Shown one piece after another: positions 12,250 through 26,088 of a stretch of 64,000 nt of DNA. Source of the DNA: Eledone cirrhosa. Taxonomy: Eukaryota. The stretch's first letter is position 1. Each line of letters starts with the position of its first letter. The DNA lies in the NCBI GenBank assembly GCA_964016885.1, contig OZ024754.1, forward strand, positions 11,470,001 through 11,534,000, given 5' to 3'. Below the pieces are notes generated by a model that did not search any database, had not been told where the DNA came from, and worked only from the letters and a program-made list of their open reading frames with translations. Both the position numbers and the translations under genes were made by a program.

Positions 12250-13010
12250 AAAATTAGAATTGGTGCTATGAAATAGCGATATATATATGAATGTATATAC
12301 AGTGTATTTTGCAATACACTGTATGCTTAATTAAAAGCATTTTGAAGACCTTACGCTATTGTTTTAAAGTAGTGACTATGTCACTTCTTTTTTCAGCAAA
12401 CAAAGGGAGATAAGATGATAGATCTCTGTTTCGTACTGTTGGTACTACTTAGAGCTTAGCACTCCCTTTGCCTGCTGAAAATTATGACTGTTGGATTCTT
12501 ATAGAATTCCAGTAATAATCAGGAACTGATTATACAGAGTGGTTGCCGGTCCAGCAAAAATTTGTTTGGTGAAAAAAGAAGTAAATAACATAGTCACTAC
12601 TTTAAAACAATAGCGTAAGGTCTTCAAAATGCTTTTAATTAAGCATACAGTGTATTGTAAAATACACTGTATATACATTCATATATATATATATAGCTAT
12701 TTCAGAGCACCAATTCTAATTTTCAATTTTTGCTGGACCGGCAACCACTCTGTATAATCAGTTCCTGATTATTACTGGAATTCTATAAGAATCCAACATT
12801 CATAATTTTCAGCAGGCAAATGGAGTGGTAAGCTCTAAGTAGTACCAACAGTACGAAACAGAGATTTGTCAGCTTATCTCCCTTTGTTTGCTGAAAAAAG
12901 AAGTAAGTGACATAGTCACTACTTTAAAACAATGGCATAAGGTCTTCAAAATGCTTTTAATTAAGCATACAGTGTATTGCAAAATACACTATATATACAT
13001 TCATATATAT
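12250..13010. mobile_element. Non-autonomous PLE/retrozyme-like element: inverted copy plus partial tandem (A-B-A) of a ~330-bp unit in (TA)n
   Basis: 12250-12560 is the reverse complement of segments repeated at 12570-12725 and 12726-13010. Confidence 0.7.
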
Positions 13011-13780
13011 ATATATATATATAAACACACATATCATCATCATTCATCATTTCATTTTACGTCCGCTTTTTCCCTGCTTGCAAGGGTGGGACGGGAACTG
13101 ATTCTGGCTTGATTTCTACAGCTGGATGCCCTTCCTAACACCAACCTCATTTACAGTGAGTGCTGGGTGCTTTTTTTGCCGTGGCACCTCCACGACCACT
13201 TTGCAGTGGAATGATAGGGACACCTGCCCCTATCATCTCATTTCTACAGCTGAGTAAACTGGAGCAATGTGAAATAAAGTGTCTTGCTCAAGGAAACAAC
13301 ACAACACCCGGTCTGAGAATTGAACTCACAACCTTTCGATTGCAAGGCCAATGCTCTAACCACTAAGCCATGTGCCTCCATATATATATGTATATATATA
13401 TATATATATATGTATATACATATTTATATACATATTTACTCTTTTGGTTCGCCTGTCTGGCAATCTATACACATCGAGCACACTAACCTTCTCTCTACTG
13501 GCTTGTAATCTGCTTAACTAATCACCTATTTCTGCTCTTTGATTGCTTTGCTTGCCTTATATTTGATATATATATATCATCATCATCATTTAACATCTAT
13601 CTTCCATGCTAGCATGGGTATATATATATATATATATATATATATAACTAACTTTAATAATAATAACTGTTGTTATTATTGGGTATAGACTTTACCAGAG
13701 GGTTTGAAGCTCAATGCAGTAGGGTTCACGCAGAGCTGATATATAAAGAATAATAAACACTAAAGAGTTGATATGTTGCC

Positions 13781-13936
13781 AAACTAACGCGCTTCAACTG
13801 ATAGAGATTCATCCCGACGATATAAGGTTATAAAATCAGAAATTTTAGAATTTTCTTAAGAAGAAAAACATTTTTATCTAAAATTCCCTTACTTTGACCA
13901 TCGTGAATAGGCTCAAAATCGGTATCATCAGAGTTT
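13781..13936 (-). ncRNA. Degenerate hammerhead motif with about 130-nt domain II
   Basis: Reverse complement: aaact CTGATGA ... GAAG cgcg TT agttt. Confidence 0.45.
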
Positions 13937-15135
13937 ATTTTTATAAGATATCAGCTTATTGATAAATCAATAATAGAAGTGGTGTCAACATCAATATGTA
14001 CACAAAAAGAGTTTCAAATGAATTAACAGAAGTCCTAAAATAACAAGGTTTAACTCACTTTTATTATACTAAAAGTGTGCTTTAACAGTCTAGAGTTCAA
14101 TTTATATGTATTTGTTTTATTGTGTGGGCAAAATTGGAGTATATTATTTTAGGTGAGGTGTTTAATGGTGCGTATACATTATGAGATGAAATTAAGAGAA
14201 AAGCGTTTGAGAAAAATTAGTTCCATACTTGAAATAAATCATTGGAGGTTAAAGCCAAAAAAATGGCTCCGACTCTAAGAAGGAAATATTTGAATTACTG
14301 ATAAAAAAATATATATTTTTACACTCTGCTAATTTCATATTTCTTTGACGTCAATTCAATAATATTTCAAAGCCTCACCTCACTGATTGCCGATCAACCC
14401 AAATACTGAACATATATGTATGTTAAAAAATAACAAAAATAAAAATAAATAAATAAATAAAAGAAAAAAGAAAAAAAAAAAAAAGAAAGAAAGAAAAACA
14501 GCTGCACTGCAAATAATCAATTGATTGTGAAATCAATGTGTCATACAAGATAACTAAGCAACAAAGTAATCTATTTAATCCCATTTCTAACATTTGATTA
14601 ATTCAGCCAGCTCTTTCTGGGGAGAAAAACAAAACAAACTTTATGTGACTAAAACAAAAGGAATAATAATTTGGGGTTTTAAGGATTTCTTTAAATAAAT
14701 AAGGATTTCTAATTCAGGCGTAAGGTCAACAATTTTGTGGGGAAAGAGAAAAGTCAATTACATTAACCCTAGTATATAACTGGTACTTTATTTTATCAAC
14801 CTTGAAAAAAATGAAAAACAAAGTGGATCTCAGGAAGATTTGAACTTAGAATGTAAAGAGTAGAGACAAAGACTGCTAAGCATTTGTCAGATGCTGTAAC
14901 GACTCTGCCAACCCACCAATCTTTTATAATAACAGTTTCTAATTTAGGCACAAGACCAGCAAACTTAGGGGAAAGGGAAAAGTTGAGTTAAATCAACTGC
15001 AGCACATGACTGATACTTTATTTTATTGACCCTGAAAAACTGACATTTGCAAGATTTAAACTCAGAACATAAAAGGCTGTAACTAAATGCCAAAGGTATT
15101 TTGTCTGGCAGAAATTCCACCAACCCACCACCCTT

Positions 15136-15363
15136 TAACCTTTTAGCATTTAAGCAGGCCATATCCGGCCAGAATTTTCTCACTTTTATCTGTTCAAACT
15201 GGCTATAACTGGCTTCTCATACTGATGTTAAGATATTGTTCTCAAAATAAATATCATCAAAATCTCATTGATTCGATATTATGTGAGATAATTATGTGAG
15301 GTAAAGCCTTTGCTGTGAAAATACAATAGTAAATATAGAGTAATGTAAATACTAAAGGGTTAA
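15136..15363. mobile_element. piggyBac-like MITE (TTAA ends); other copies at about 2305-2495, 5035-5255 and 20581-20990
   Basis: ttaacc(c/t)tttagcatt ... aatactaaagggttaa; shared internal sequence. Confidence 0.7.
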
Positions 15364-16074
15364 ATAGGTAATAAGTGCAGGCATAGCTGTGTGGTTAAGG
15401 AGTTTACCTTGCAACCACATGACACATGATTCTGGCCTTAGTCTCACTGTGAGAAACTTGGTCGAATATTTTCTACTGGAGCCTCAGGTTGACCAAAGCC
15501 TTTTGAGTGAAATTTGGTTGACCAGAACTGCAGAAACTCTGATGTTTGCATTTGCTTTGTTGTTTCTGTTTACTTTTTGCATACACACTCACGCACACAT
15601 ATATATATATATATATATATATACAGAAGACCCGACCCCCCACGGATACAAGCTGAAGCATATAGACAATATGCCCCCACCCCCTCCCACTGCAAAGTGG
15701 TCATGGAGGTGCTACGGCAAAAAAAGCACCCAGCCCACACTGTAAAGAAGGATGGTGTTAGGAAAGGCATCGAGCTGTAGAAATCAAGCCAGATCAGCTC
15801 CCGTATGAGCAAGACAAGGTCAGCCGATATGAAAACTGCCCACAACAGGACAACCCGTCTAACCCATGCTAGCGTGGAAGAACGGACGTAAAACGGTGAT
15901 GATGATGAGATATATTGCCTGTATTGTTGTAATCACTAAAGAGCCCTCAATATGTCATCACAGAGGTAAATATACTATATTGTATAAAATACATAGCAAA
16001 CTGGCCTATTACCTTCTATGGTATATGCCAGTTTACCATGTATTTTATAAAATATATCATCATCCTCATCATCA

Positions 16075-16440
16075 TCGTTTTACGTCCGCTCTTCCCTGCT
16101 CGCAAGGGTGGGACGTGTCTTATTCAGCACAGCATCTCTCCACTCGTCACGGTCCTTCGTCATCTCCACCGTGAGCTTCAGCGATCTGAGGTCTGTTCTC
16201 ACCACCTCCACCCATGTTTTTCATGGTCTACCTCTACCATGTCTTACTTCAACTGGCATTTCCTGGCACTTCTTCACCCATCGGTCATCCTCCATGCGCA
16301 TCACATGTCCATACCACCTCAGTCTCCTCTCCCGTACACTACATTCTATCCCTCTCAGACACAGTTTCTCTCTCAACACATTCATGCTGGGTCGTTCACG
16401 CACATTAACATTGCACATCCAATGGGGCATGCTTGCCTCA
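16075..16440 (-). mobile_element. RTE LINE 3' end
   Basis: RERRLRWYGHVMRM..GRGRP; 3' tail ggacgtaaaacgatgatg shared with SINEs. Confidence 0.8.
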
Positions 16441-16475
16441 TATATAAGTAGTAACACAGCAGTTAGTTCACCATA

Positions 16476-16516
16476 CCGAGAACAATTATTTCACCTTATG
16501 CGGATCTTCAGCTCGG
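16476..16516 (-). ncRNA. Hammerhead ribozyme (family B)
   Basis: Reverse complement: ccgag CTGAAGA tccgcataaggt GAAA taattg TT ctcgg. Confidence 0.7.
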
Positions 16517-17134
16517 ACAAACTTGTCCCAAGGACTGAGTGCTCTACTACTACGGATATTACCCACCAGTATTCTACTATTATATATATATATATATATA
16601 TATATATTGAGTTAAAAACTCAGGGTAGTTAGTTTCTTACAATTAAATAGCTCTAAGAAAAAAGCTTTTCCGAGCTGTCTCCAATACACTCTAGTTGTTG
16701 CCAGGCATTTTGCCCAATATAGCTCTGTTATTTTTCTTTATTTTTCTTAATTTAATATTTAAAGTTAAGGATAACAAATTATAATGCTGTAGTTAGTATT
16801 TTTTCACCCTAGCAAATTTGGTCCTTATGATTCGAACACATGTATGTTTATATTAGTGTTCATCTCTCTTGTTTATTCATATATATATATATATATATAT
16901 AAACAAGGTAAACAGCAAATAAAGTAATCAAGAAGAGAGAAAGGTGATTAGTTATGCAGATTACTACCCAGTAGAGAGAGTTAGTGTGCTCAATGCATAC
17001 AGATTGTTAGACTAGCGAGCCATGTGATTAGAAGGAAAGAGAGATAGCTTCACAATCGTATAATAAGCAGAGCAAAAAATCATATCTAAATATGGTATAT
17101 ATATATATATACATACACACACACATATATATAT

Positions 17135-17323
17135 AACTGTTTCTACTTTAGGCACAAGGCCAGCAATTACCCAGTGCATTACTGGTACTTTATTTTATCG
17201 ACCTCGTAAGGATGAAAGGCTAAGTCAACCTCGGCGGGATTTGAACTCAGATCGTAAAGGGACGTAACTATGCTGGAAAGCATGGCGTCCGACTCTCTAC
17301 CGATACTGCCAATCCACCGCCCC
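17135..17323 (-). mobile_element. Family 1 SINE
   Basis: Full length. Confidence 0.8.
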
Positions 17324-17782
17324 TTACATATAGGTTTTGTTTTTAGTCCTGCAGGATGTCCAAAGTCACCCTCCTCACCAAGAAACCTTGGTGGGGTTGC
17401 CAGTTTAGTCGCCAACGACCATGGAACAGTTTGTACTGGAATACATGTTACCAGTAGCACCAACTGGTGACCTGACATATATATATATACACACATATAT
17501 ATATAACAATTGTCAGACTGTAAATAAATCCCTTTTTTGCACTGCTGACCATGTTATTCTTCACTTTTTCAATTTTATTACTCCAAGATAAACTTACATA
17601 GGAATACAAGTGAAATCATCTCGTCATCTCCGTAAACCTCTTGTTGAGTCAAACAACGCCGTACGCTAAAACTATCCATAATAAGAAGTATTCACAACCT
17701 CTAACTGGATTACCTATTACGATATTTTGTTATCCATTATATATATACACATATATTTATACACCCACACACATATATATAT

Positions 17783-18385
17783 GGTGGCTGCCAAGTCGTT
17801 TTCGAGTACGGCCACTACTTTATATCCATGTAGGAGAACCCCTACCGATGCGCTGAACGAGTGTGACTTTTTAGTCCAGCCAGCCACTTGAAAACTCTGG
17901 TACAAACACTACACCTGTGACAATTATTGACACATAGTGCTGGGCCCATGGTACCATGTGACGACAAGTGCAGAGAGATCTCCAGATATAAAGCAATGCC
18001 TGTGCCGTGAAGCTTTTATAGTGAGCAAAGGTACTGCACAAAGCCAGTCCCACTCTCTTAACCAAGATGATATTTACCAAAAAGAAGAACAAGTCAACAT
18101 CATTGGATACCATCAGGGTTGCAGGTGTTATATCAGAGTTTTCCTTCTCCTAGAATTCTGCCTTGACAAAGGCTAAGGGGTCATCTCTCCCAGTGATTTT
18201 GGATGGCCATTGACTCTTAAGAGCTCCTTTGCCCTTTGACAGGTTTTGTTTTTAGTCCTGCAGGATGTCCAAAGTCACCCTCCTCACCAAGAAACCTTGG
18301 TACGGTTGCCAGTTTAGTCGCCAACGACCATGGAACAGTTTGTACTGGAATACATGTTACCAGTAACACCAACTGGTGACCTGAC
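17783..18385. repeat. Unclassified ~550-600 bp interspersed repeat; near-identical copy at 50764-51325, partial copies at 17331-17476 and 35795-36145
   Basis: Direct sequence identity between copies. Confidence 0.75.
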
Positions 18386-18479
18386 ATATATATATATACA
18401 CACATATATATAGACACATATATTTACACACACACACACATACATATATACACACACCCACACACATTATATATATATA

Positions 18480-18519
<40 letters not shown>

Positions 18520-20750
18520 CACATATATATATACACATATATTTATACACACACAGATACACATACACACATACATATATATGTGTGTGTGTATGTATCA
18601 GGAGGTGTCATAGTTACCAACTGCTAGTCAATTAACAATGATTGTCCTTATTAAGCAAACACAGTTGGACCATTCGTACGCAGTGAAGTGATGTGAAATT
18701 TCACAAAGGACAGCAACACAACAATCTATGAGATTAGTGTAGCAGAGTTTTTACCTGTGTGTTTGTATCTCTCAAATATATACAAGTCAAAACATGTCTT
18801 TCCTTGATGTGTTTTTAGATTCTACATTTATGGTCAAAATAAGAGATCCATAGAGAACAACAGCAGGCAAAAATTTATATCAATAAATTACCTTTTGTCA
18901 TTCTATTTATATTTAACTACTTCATAGCCATATGTATAATTTTGAATGTAATCAAAAGTTTGGAAAGATTTAGATGATGTCCATGAGTGTGATTGGTAAT
19001 TCCAGCACCATAGCCATGCTATCACCCACAGCAATGCTGCATGTGAGCTTGCCTAAAAAGTTACTAGAGGAAGAGTCCATCAGCTCTTGTCGTGGTATAT
19101 GACAACGTGTGGATATTCTTCCACTTCGTTTTTTTTTAAATATAAATTGTGTTTATATATTAATATATAAACAAGATATTATATATATGAAATACTGTCT
19201 ACCTACATCAGATACATAATATATATTGTGTTCATATGTAAATCATAGTCATAATGAATTGGCAGTATTGGTAGAGCGTCGATCAACATGCTTTGCGGCA
19301 TATAGTTATGGTTTTTTTATGTTCTGAGTTCAAATCCTGCCAAGGTTAGCTTTGTCTTTCATCCTTACGGGGTCAATAAAATAAAGAATATATATTGTTT
19401 TTATATGTAAATAAAATCTATCACTAGCTTTCTCACCATCTCCCTGACTTTCATTTCCTCCTCCATCATCTTAGCCATGTCTTTCTTGGTCCTGCCCTTC
19501 CTCTAAATCCTTCTACATTCACCTCCATCTCACCTCTCACCCAGTCACAATCACCCTTCCTCAACACATGACCCAGACATCTCACAAAATCTCTTCACAA
19601 CATTCATCACTGGTTCTATTCCACTCAACCACTACTATTCCTGATGAGTATAGTCACATCATAGGACTTCATATAGAGTTTATTTACATGAAGAACAGGT
19701 CACATATAGAATATGATGATGGCACTATGTAAGACCCAAAACACTGTAGACTATTTAGCTGTAGTAGTAACATATAGCTTACACTATATGCAAATGAGCT
19801 CCAGTAGATGTTTTATTTGTAAAAAAGTATATAAGCTACAGCTTATTCTTGTCTCAGTAGATTGAGTAAATGTCACTGATGATGGATAAAAAATCCTGAA
19901 AGATATGTCTGGCATTCTCACATGGCTACTGAGATAGCGATAACATGATCACAGCTTGAAATACCTATAACAAGACCTATATATGTTTATTATAAATATA
20001 AATATTGTATACGCCTTCATATACACCTCAATGTCAGGTCACTCTCAAGTGATACTGGTAACTTGTTGCATGATCAGGTCATTGGCAACAAAATTGGCAA
20101 CCCCATCAAGCCTGGTTGATGAGCTGAATGATTGGTGGAGACCCTGAGTGATGAAAAAAAGAACAGTCAAAAGGCTGAAGAACTCATGAGAATCAATGGC
20201 CATCCAACAATGTATAAATATGTTTGTACATATATGATTTAATACCTTGTTGTGGTGGAGTGACATATGTGCTGTTTTGATCCAGAGGGTTATACTAGCA
20301 GGAAACAAACTCCTGGTAAGTCCAACTATGCTAGACAAGGCTGAAGGTTAGGCGCTGGACTAAACCTTAATCGTTAGAGGAGTAAACCTCAACAACAACA
20401 AAATCCCACCATGAACAACATTTAGGTCAATGGTGATTCATATTGATGTTGAGTGGAAGAATGTTATGTCACTGGTCAGGATCAAAAGATTTCATTAAGT
20501 GAAAAACTGCAGCATGCATTGGTGGGTAGCACTGGATGCATGTTTCATGGTACAATTGAAACTCATTATGCTGGAACATATTAACCCTTTAGCATTTAAA
20601 TAGGCTAGAACTCTCTCATCTCTTTCTGTTCAAACTGGCTCTAACTGGCCACTCATGCTTATGTTAAGGTATTGTTCTTGAAATAAATAATATCAAAATA
20701 TCATAGATTTGATATTATGTAAGGTGAAGCCTTTACCATGAAAATATAAT

Positions 20751-20936
20751 TGTTTCGATTCTTGGCACAAGGCCAGCAATTTCCCAGTACATTACTGGTA
20801 CTTTATTTTATCGACCCCCGTAAGGATGAAAGGCAAAGTTAACCTCAGCGGGATTTGAACTCAGATCATAAAGGGACGTAACTCTGTGCTTCAAAGCATG
20901 GTGTCCGACTCTCTACCGATACTGCCAATCCACCGC
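20751..20936 (-). mobile_element. Family 1 SINE inserted into a MITE with a 21-bp TSD
   Basis: cctttaccatgaaaatataat at 20730-20750 and 20937-20957. Confidence 0.85.
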
Positions 20937-21127
20937 CCTTTACCATGAAAATATAATAGTATATAGAGAGTAATGTAAATGTTAAAGAATAGAGTGATTT
21001 TGAAAAATATGTGTATAGACAGATCGGTGAACTAACAGTCAGCATAGAAAGAAGATAAACATCTACTAATAAACTAACTATATCTAGATAAGAAAAAATG
21101 TCAACAATTGGTAAGTGTTGTACTTAC

Positions 21128-21241
21128 TGACACAGAGTACAGCGAGGAAAATAATATAGATGATGAGTTCTCTAAGTGTGGTCTTCACGTGAAGTTCTCG
21201 GTCACCTTTTGTCTCTTCTGTATCACGGGTAGCCCACAGAG
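21128..21241 (-). CDS. PKD2: Polycystin-2 exon 2 (LWATRDTEETKGDRELHVKTTLRELIIYIIFLAVLCV, S1 start)
   Basis: Polypyrimidine/CAG acceptor and GTAAGT donor; 114 nt; conserved TTLREL motif. Confidence 0.95.
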
Positions 21242-21279
21242 CTGTGAAGAAAAAAGAGATAGGGATCAGTTGGTAATAA

Positions 21280-22100
21280 TGATTTCTCATCTTGAGGCCT
21301 GCAATTGGTGGAGAGGAGAGGAGAAAATCAATTAAATAAACCTCAGTAGATAACTGGTACTTATTGACCCTGTAAGGATGAAAAGCCAAATTGACCTTGG
21401 TGGGATTCAAACTCAGAACGCAAAGAGCCAGAACAAATAATTGTTTCTACTTTTGGCACAAGGCCAGCAATTACCCAGTACATTACTGGTACTTTATTTT
21501 ATCGACCCCGTAAGGATGAAAGGCGAAGTTAACCTCGGCGGGATTTGAACTCAGACCGTAAAGGGCTGTAACTCTTTGTTGCAAAGCATGGTGTCAGACC
21601 CTCTACCGATTCTGCCAATTCAGCAGCCAGAACAAATAATTGTTTCTACTTTAGGCACAAGGCCAGAAATTATCCCAGTACATTACTGGTACTTTATTTT
21701 ATCGATCCCGTAAGGATGAAAGGCAAAGTTAACCTCGGCGGGATTTGAACTCAGATCATAAAGGGACGTAAGTCTATGCTTCAAAGCATGGTGTCCGACT
21801 CTCTATTGATACTGCCAATCCACCAATGACAAATGGACAGTATTGATTGAAACTGGGTTGCCAGATCCATATAAAAAGTGAAATGTTGGAATCCAAACAC
21901 CGAATTGCTATGAATGATAATTGTTTCTACTTTTGGCACAAGGCCAGCAATTATCCCAGTACATTACTGGTACTTTATTTTATCAACCCCGTAAGGATGA
22001 AAGGCAAAGTCAACCTCGGCGGGATTTGAACTCAGATCATAAAGGGACGTAACTATGCTGGAAAGCATGGCGTCCAACCCTCTACCGATACTGCCAATTC
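21280..22100 (-). mobile_element. Cluster of four family 1 SINEs
   Basis: Copies at about 21280-21430, 21437-21620, 21636-21824 and 21918-22100. Confidence 0.8.
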
Positions 22101-22577
22101 AATGCAAGGTATTTATCCAATGTTGTAATCCACCCCCTATCAGTTGATAATAATCAAGGGCAGTGGACTGGCAGAATTGGTAAACATTGGATAAAATGCC
22201 ATTGTGGTAATTGTTCTGTCTCTTTAGGTTCTGAGTTCAAATCCTGCTGAAGTCAATTTTGCTTTTAATCTCCCCAAGGGTCAATATGACGGTTGTCTGC
22301 TCAACATGAAACTTGACCACCTCAATGTACATGGAGCTCAGTTCTGGCATGAAAACCCATGTGGCTTTTTAGACCAGACATACTTTTAAAAAGTCGTCCA
22401 CATAAATTGCACCTTAGATTCGGAGTAACTTCACCTGCCTGAGTTCTCTGATCTTGATGAACCCTGAAATGTCTCTTTAGACCTCCTACATATGTGTGTG
22501 TGTGTATATATACACATATGTTATATATATATATATATATACATATATGGAGGCACATGGCTTAGTGGTTAGAGCAA

Positions 22578-22925
22578 TGGAGGCACATGGCTTAGTGGTT
22601 AGAGCATTGGCCTTGCAATCGAAAGGTTGTGAGTTCAATTCTCAGACCAGGCGATGTGTTTTTTCCTTGAGCAAGGCACTTTATTTCACATTGCTCCAGT
22701 TTACTCAGCTGTAGAAATGAGATGATAGGGACTGGGGTCCATATCATTCCACTGCAAAGTGGTCGTGGAGGTGCCACGGCAAAAAAGCACCCAGCACTCA
22801 CTGTAAATGAGGTTGGTGTTAGGAAGGGCATCCAGCTGTAGAAATCAAGCCAGCATCAGTTCCCGTCCCACCCTTGCAAGCAGGGAAAAAGCGGACGTAA
22901 AATGAAATGATGATGAAATGATGAT
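22578..22925 (+). mobile_element. tRNA-derived SINE family 2 with RTE-like tail (30-bp head duplication at 22548)
   Basis: A box TGGCTTAGTGG, B box GAGTTCAATTC, TCCTTGAGCAAG core, (GAT)n tail. Near-identical copies at 6415-6747(-), 13040-13380(-), 23768-24110(+) and 40155-40495(-). Confidence 0.85.
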
Positions 22926-22930
22926 GATTT

Positions 22931-23630
22931 ACAGGGTTGCTCAGTTATTTGAGGATAAGTCTTTTAATAGATCTAACATTTTTCTAACTTGTTCTGATTA
23001 TCATTTTTTTTTCTTTTTAGATAAACAATGACAAAACACCAAGCTAACTCAGCAAATGGAAAAGCACACTGTAATTGTTGCCTTAAAGGCAAGAACATAG
23101 TGATCTAGAGATTGCTTTCTTCCTGCAAATTGCAGGATCATCTTTTGTCAAAGTTCGCAGAAAACTGGAAGCCGCTGATTGTGATTAGGAGTGTTGGAGA
23201 GGGTTGTGAGGCCTTGGATAGAGAGCATAGCCAAAGGAAGACTGTACACCTACCAACAATACTCTATGACATCTCAAGAATGGATGAGTTACAATCATCA
23301 TCATCACATCAACCCAAACATATGGCCTCTTAGCTCTCCAGACTTGAATCCATAGGTCTACTACATAAGGGGTGTAGTAGAAAGAGATGTCAATCAATGC
23401 CCCCATAACACTATAAAATCTCTGAAGTCTGCCATAACTAGCATGATGTCCAAAATAGATTAAAATATCCCCTGATTCGGACATGTCAATGTTTCAGACC
23501 TCGTATTGAAGTCATTGATGCTAACAGCAGAGTCATTGAGTATATGATGTGTCAAGAAGAGTCCCAAAATCATTCATGCCAATTCTTTTACTAAATTCAT
23601 GCAAATGTCCTCAAAGAACTGAGTAACTCT
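22931..23630 (+). mobile_element. Tc1/mariner internally deleted copy
   Basis: TIRs cagggttgctcagttatttgagga / tcctcaaagaactgagtaactct; remnant WPLSSPDLNP. Confidence 0.75.
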
Positions 23631-23635
23631 CTCTC

Positions 23636-23673
<38 letters not shown>

Positions 23674-23734
23674 TATATATATGTCCCACCCTTGCAAGCA
23701 GGGAAAAGCGGACGTAAAATGATGATATATATAT

Positions 23735-23765
<31 letters not shown>

Positions 23766-24158
23766 ATGGAGGCACATGGCTTAGTGGTTAGAGCATTGGG
23801 CTTGCAATCGAAAGGTTGTGAGTTCAATTCTCAGATCGAGTGATGTGTTGTTTCCTTGAGCAAGACACTTTATTTCACATTGCTCCAGTTTACTCAGCTG
23901 TAGAAATGAGATGATAGGGACTGGGGCCCATATCATTCCACTGCAAAGTGGTCGTGGAGGTGCCACGGCAAAAAAGCACGCAGCACTCACTGTAAATGAG
24001 GTTGGTGTTAGGAAGGGCATCCAGCTGTAGAAATTAAGCCAGAATCAGTTCCCGTCCCACCCTTGCAAGCAGGGAAAAGTGGACGTAAAATGATAATGAT
24101 AAAATGATAGTGATATGTAAAGTGACAATAAGAATTGCAGCTTTCTGTAAACTTTATT

Positions 24159-24246
24159 TCATATTACAATTGTTTCCATATCAATCAGCTCGGGTTTGAT
24201 CTTGCGATCGGATCCCGACTCTTAATCGACACTTCTTCAGATATGA
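24159..24246 (-). ncRNA. Hammerhead ribozyme with extended stem II capped by GCAA
   Basis: Reverse complement: tcatat CTGAAGA [gtgtcgatt..tcggg..gatc-gcaa-gatc..cccga..gattgatat] GAAA caattg TA atatga. Confidence 0.78.
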
Positions 24247-24421
24247 GTTTACACGAGTATATATATATATATATATATATATAATGTGCGTGTATGATTG
24301 TATGTATATATATATATCATCATCATCATCCCATCATCGTTTAATGTCTATTTTCCACGCTAGCATGGGTTAGGCGGGCTTGCCCTATTAGAGGCAAGTT
24401 GGATCGAGTGACCGTGTCTCG

Positions 24422-24485
<64 letters not shown>

Positions 24486-24487
<2 letters not shown>

Positions 24488-24879
24488 AGGGTAATCCCAA
24501 AAGTAAGGTCTCCAAAGCGATGGGGGACGCAGAGAAACTGTTCGTACGGCTGTTGGCAACACTGTTGTGATTGGTGCTTCCTTCACTCCCAAACAAGCAT
24601 GCGTGTGCCTCGCTGGGATGCTCAATCTTGGCTTGGCAGCCATTGAGAATGGAGCTCCCGTTGAACGCTACCACCAAGTGCGAATTTCGCGCAGTTATTA
24701 TATAGAGGGCAATCCCAAAAGTAAGGTCTCCTTCCGAGGAAAACATGCGTAAAGATCGGCGGATCACTCTGGATGCTCTCTGCATTTTGGTTCCTGAGGT
24801 TTCCCAAAGCACCATCCACAGGATTTTAATGGAAAAGTTGCAATATCGGAAGGAGACCTTACTTTTGGGATTGCCCTCG
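24486..24879 (+). mobile_element. Mariner-derived MITE with an extra internal TIR (24704-24732)
   Basis: TIR C[AG]AGGG[CT]AATCCCAAAAGTAAGGTCTCC with TA flanks; HTH remnant DRRITLD..VSQSTIHRIL. Confidence 0.8.
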
Positions 24880-24883
24880 TATA

Positions 24884-24935
<52 letters not shown>

Positions 24936-25239
24936 GTCTGCATGATTGTATGTTTGTATATTCACACACACACATTCACACAACCACACACACATTCACA
25001 CAACCACACACATTCACACAACCACACACACATTCACACAACCACACACACATTCACACAACCACACACACACACTGAAGACTCCTTCAAAGTTGGGTAA
25101 CTTTGTCAGTTTGGGATGGGCGGTGGTGATGATGATGATGATGATGATGAGAAGAAAGTGGAGGAAGTTGGAGATAATAGGTAGGTGTTTTTAGTGATGA
25201 TTATGAGTGTTATCATCGTTTTCTACCTCCAACTCCTCA

Positions 25240-25772
25240 TCATCACCACCACCACCACCCCATCACCACCACCACATCACTAGCATCACCACCACCACAT
25301 CACCACATCACCACAACCCCATCACTAGCATCACCACCACCGCCAACCCCATCACTACGAAAACCACCACCACCACCACCAAAACTATCCTCCTCACCAC
25401 CACCACCACCACCACCCCATCACCACCACCACATCACCACCACCACATCACTAGCATCACCACCACCCCATCACCACATCACCACAACCCCATCACTAGC
25501 ATCACCACCACCGTCAACCCCATCACTACGAAAACCACCACCACCACCACCAAAACTATCCTCCTCACCACCACCACCACCACCACCCCATCACCACCAC
25601 CACATCACTAGCATCACCACCACCACATCACTAGCATCACCACCACCCCATCACCACATCACCACAACCCCATCACTAGCATCACCACCACCATCAATCC
25701 CATCACTACGAAACCACCACCACCACCACCACCACCAAAACCATCAACACCACCACCACCACCACCATCATC
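25240..25772. repeat. (CAC/CAT)-rich compound repeat
   Basis: Direct inspection. Confidence 0.9.
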
Positions 25773-25903
25773 ATCTCTTGTTATTGCTACCCTCCTCCAC
25801 CTATTACGTAGATAGAAACAAAAAGCATGTCTGGACAAATCCATTTCCAGATCATCGGATTCACCAATATACATGACACTGTATACTTTTATATATATAA
25901 GTG

Positions 25904-25955
<52 letters not shown>

Positions 25956-26056
25956 TATATAAATATACATATATATATAAGTGTATATATATATATATAT
26001 ATATATATAAATATCCATATATATATATATACATACATATATATATATAAATATCC

Positions 26057-26088
<32 letters not shown>

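Noticed and set aside
22322-22490. C2H2 zinc finger (CNLCGRLFKSMSGLKSHMGFH)
   Set aside because: Isolated, without splice context and bounded by microsatellite; typical C-terminal finger of RTE/BovB-like LINEs rather than a host ZNF gene.
22578-22660. tRNA gene
   Set aside because: tRNA-like head of a multi-copy SINE; no proper acceptor stem.
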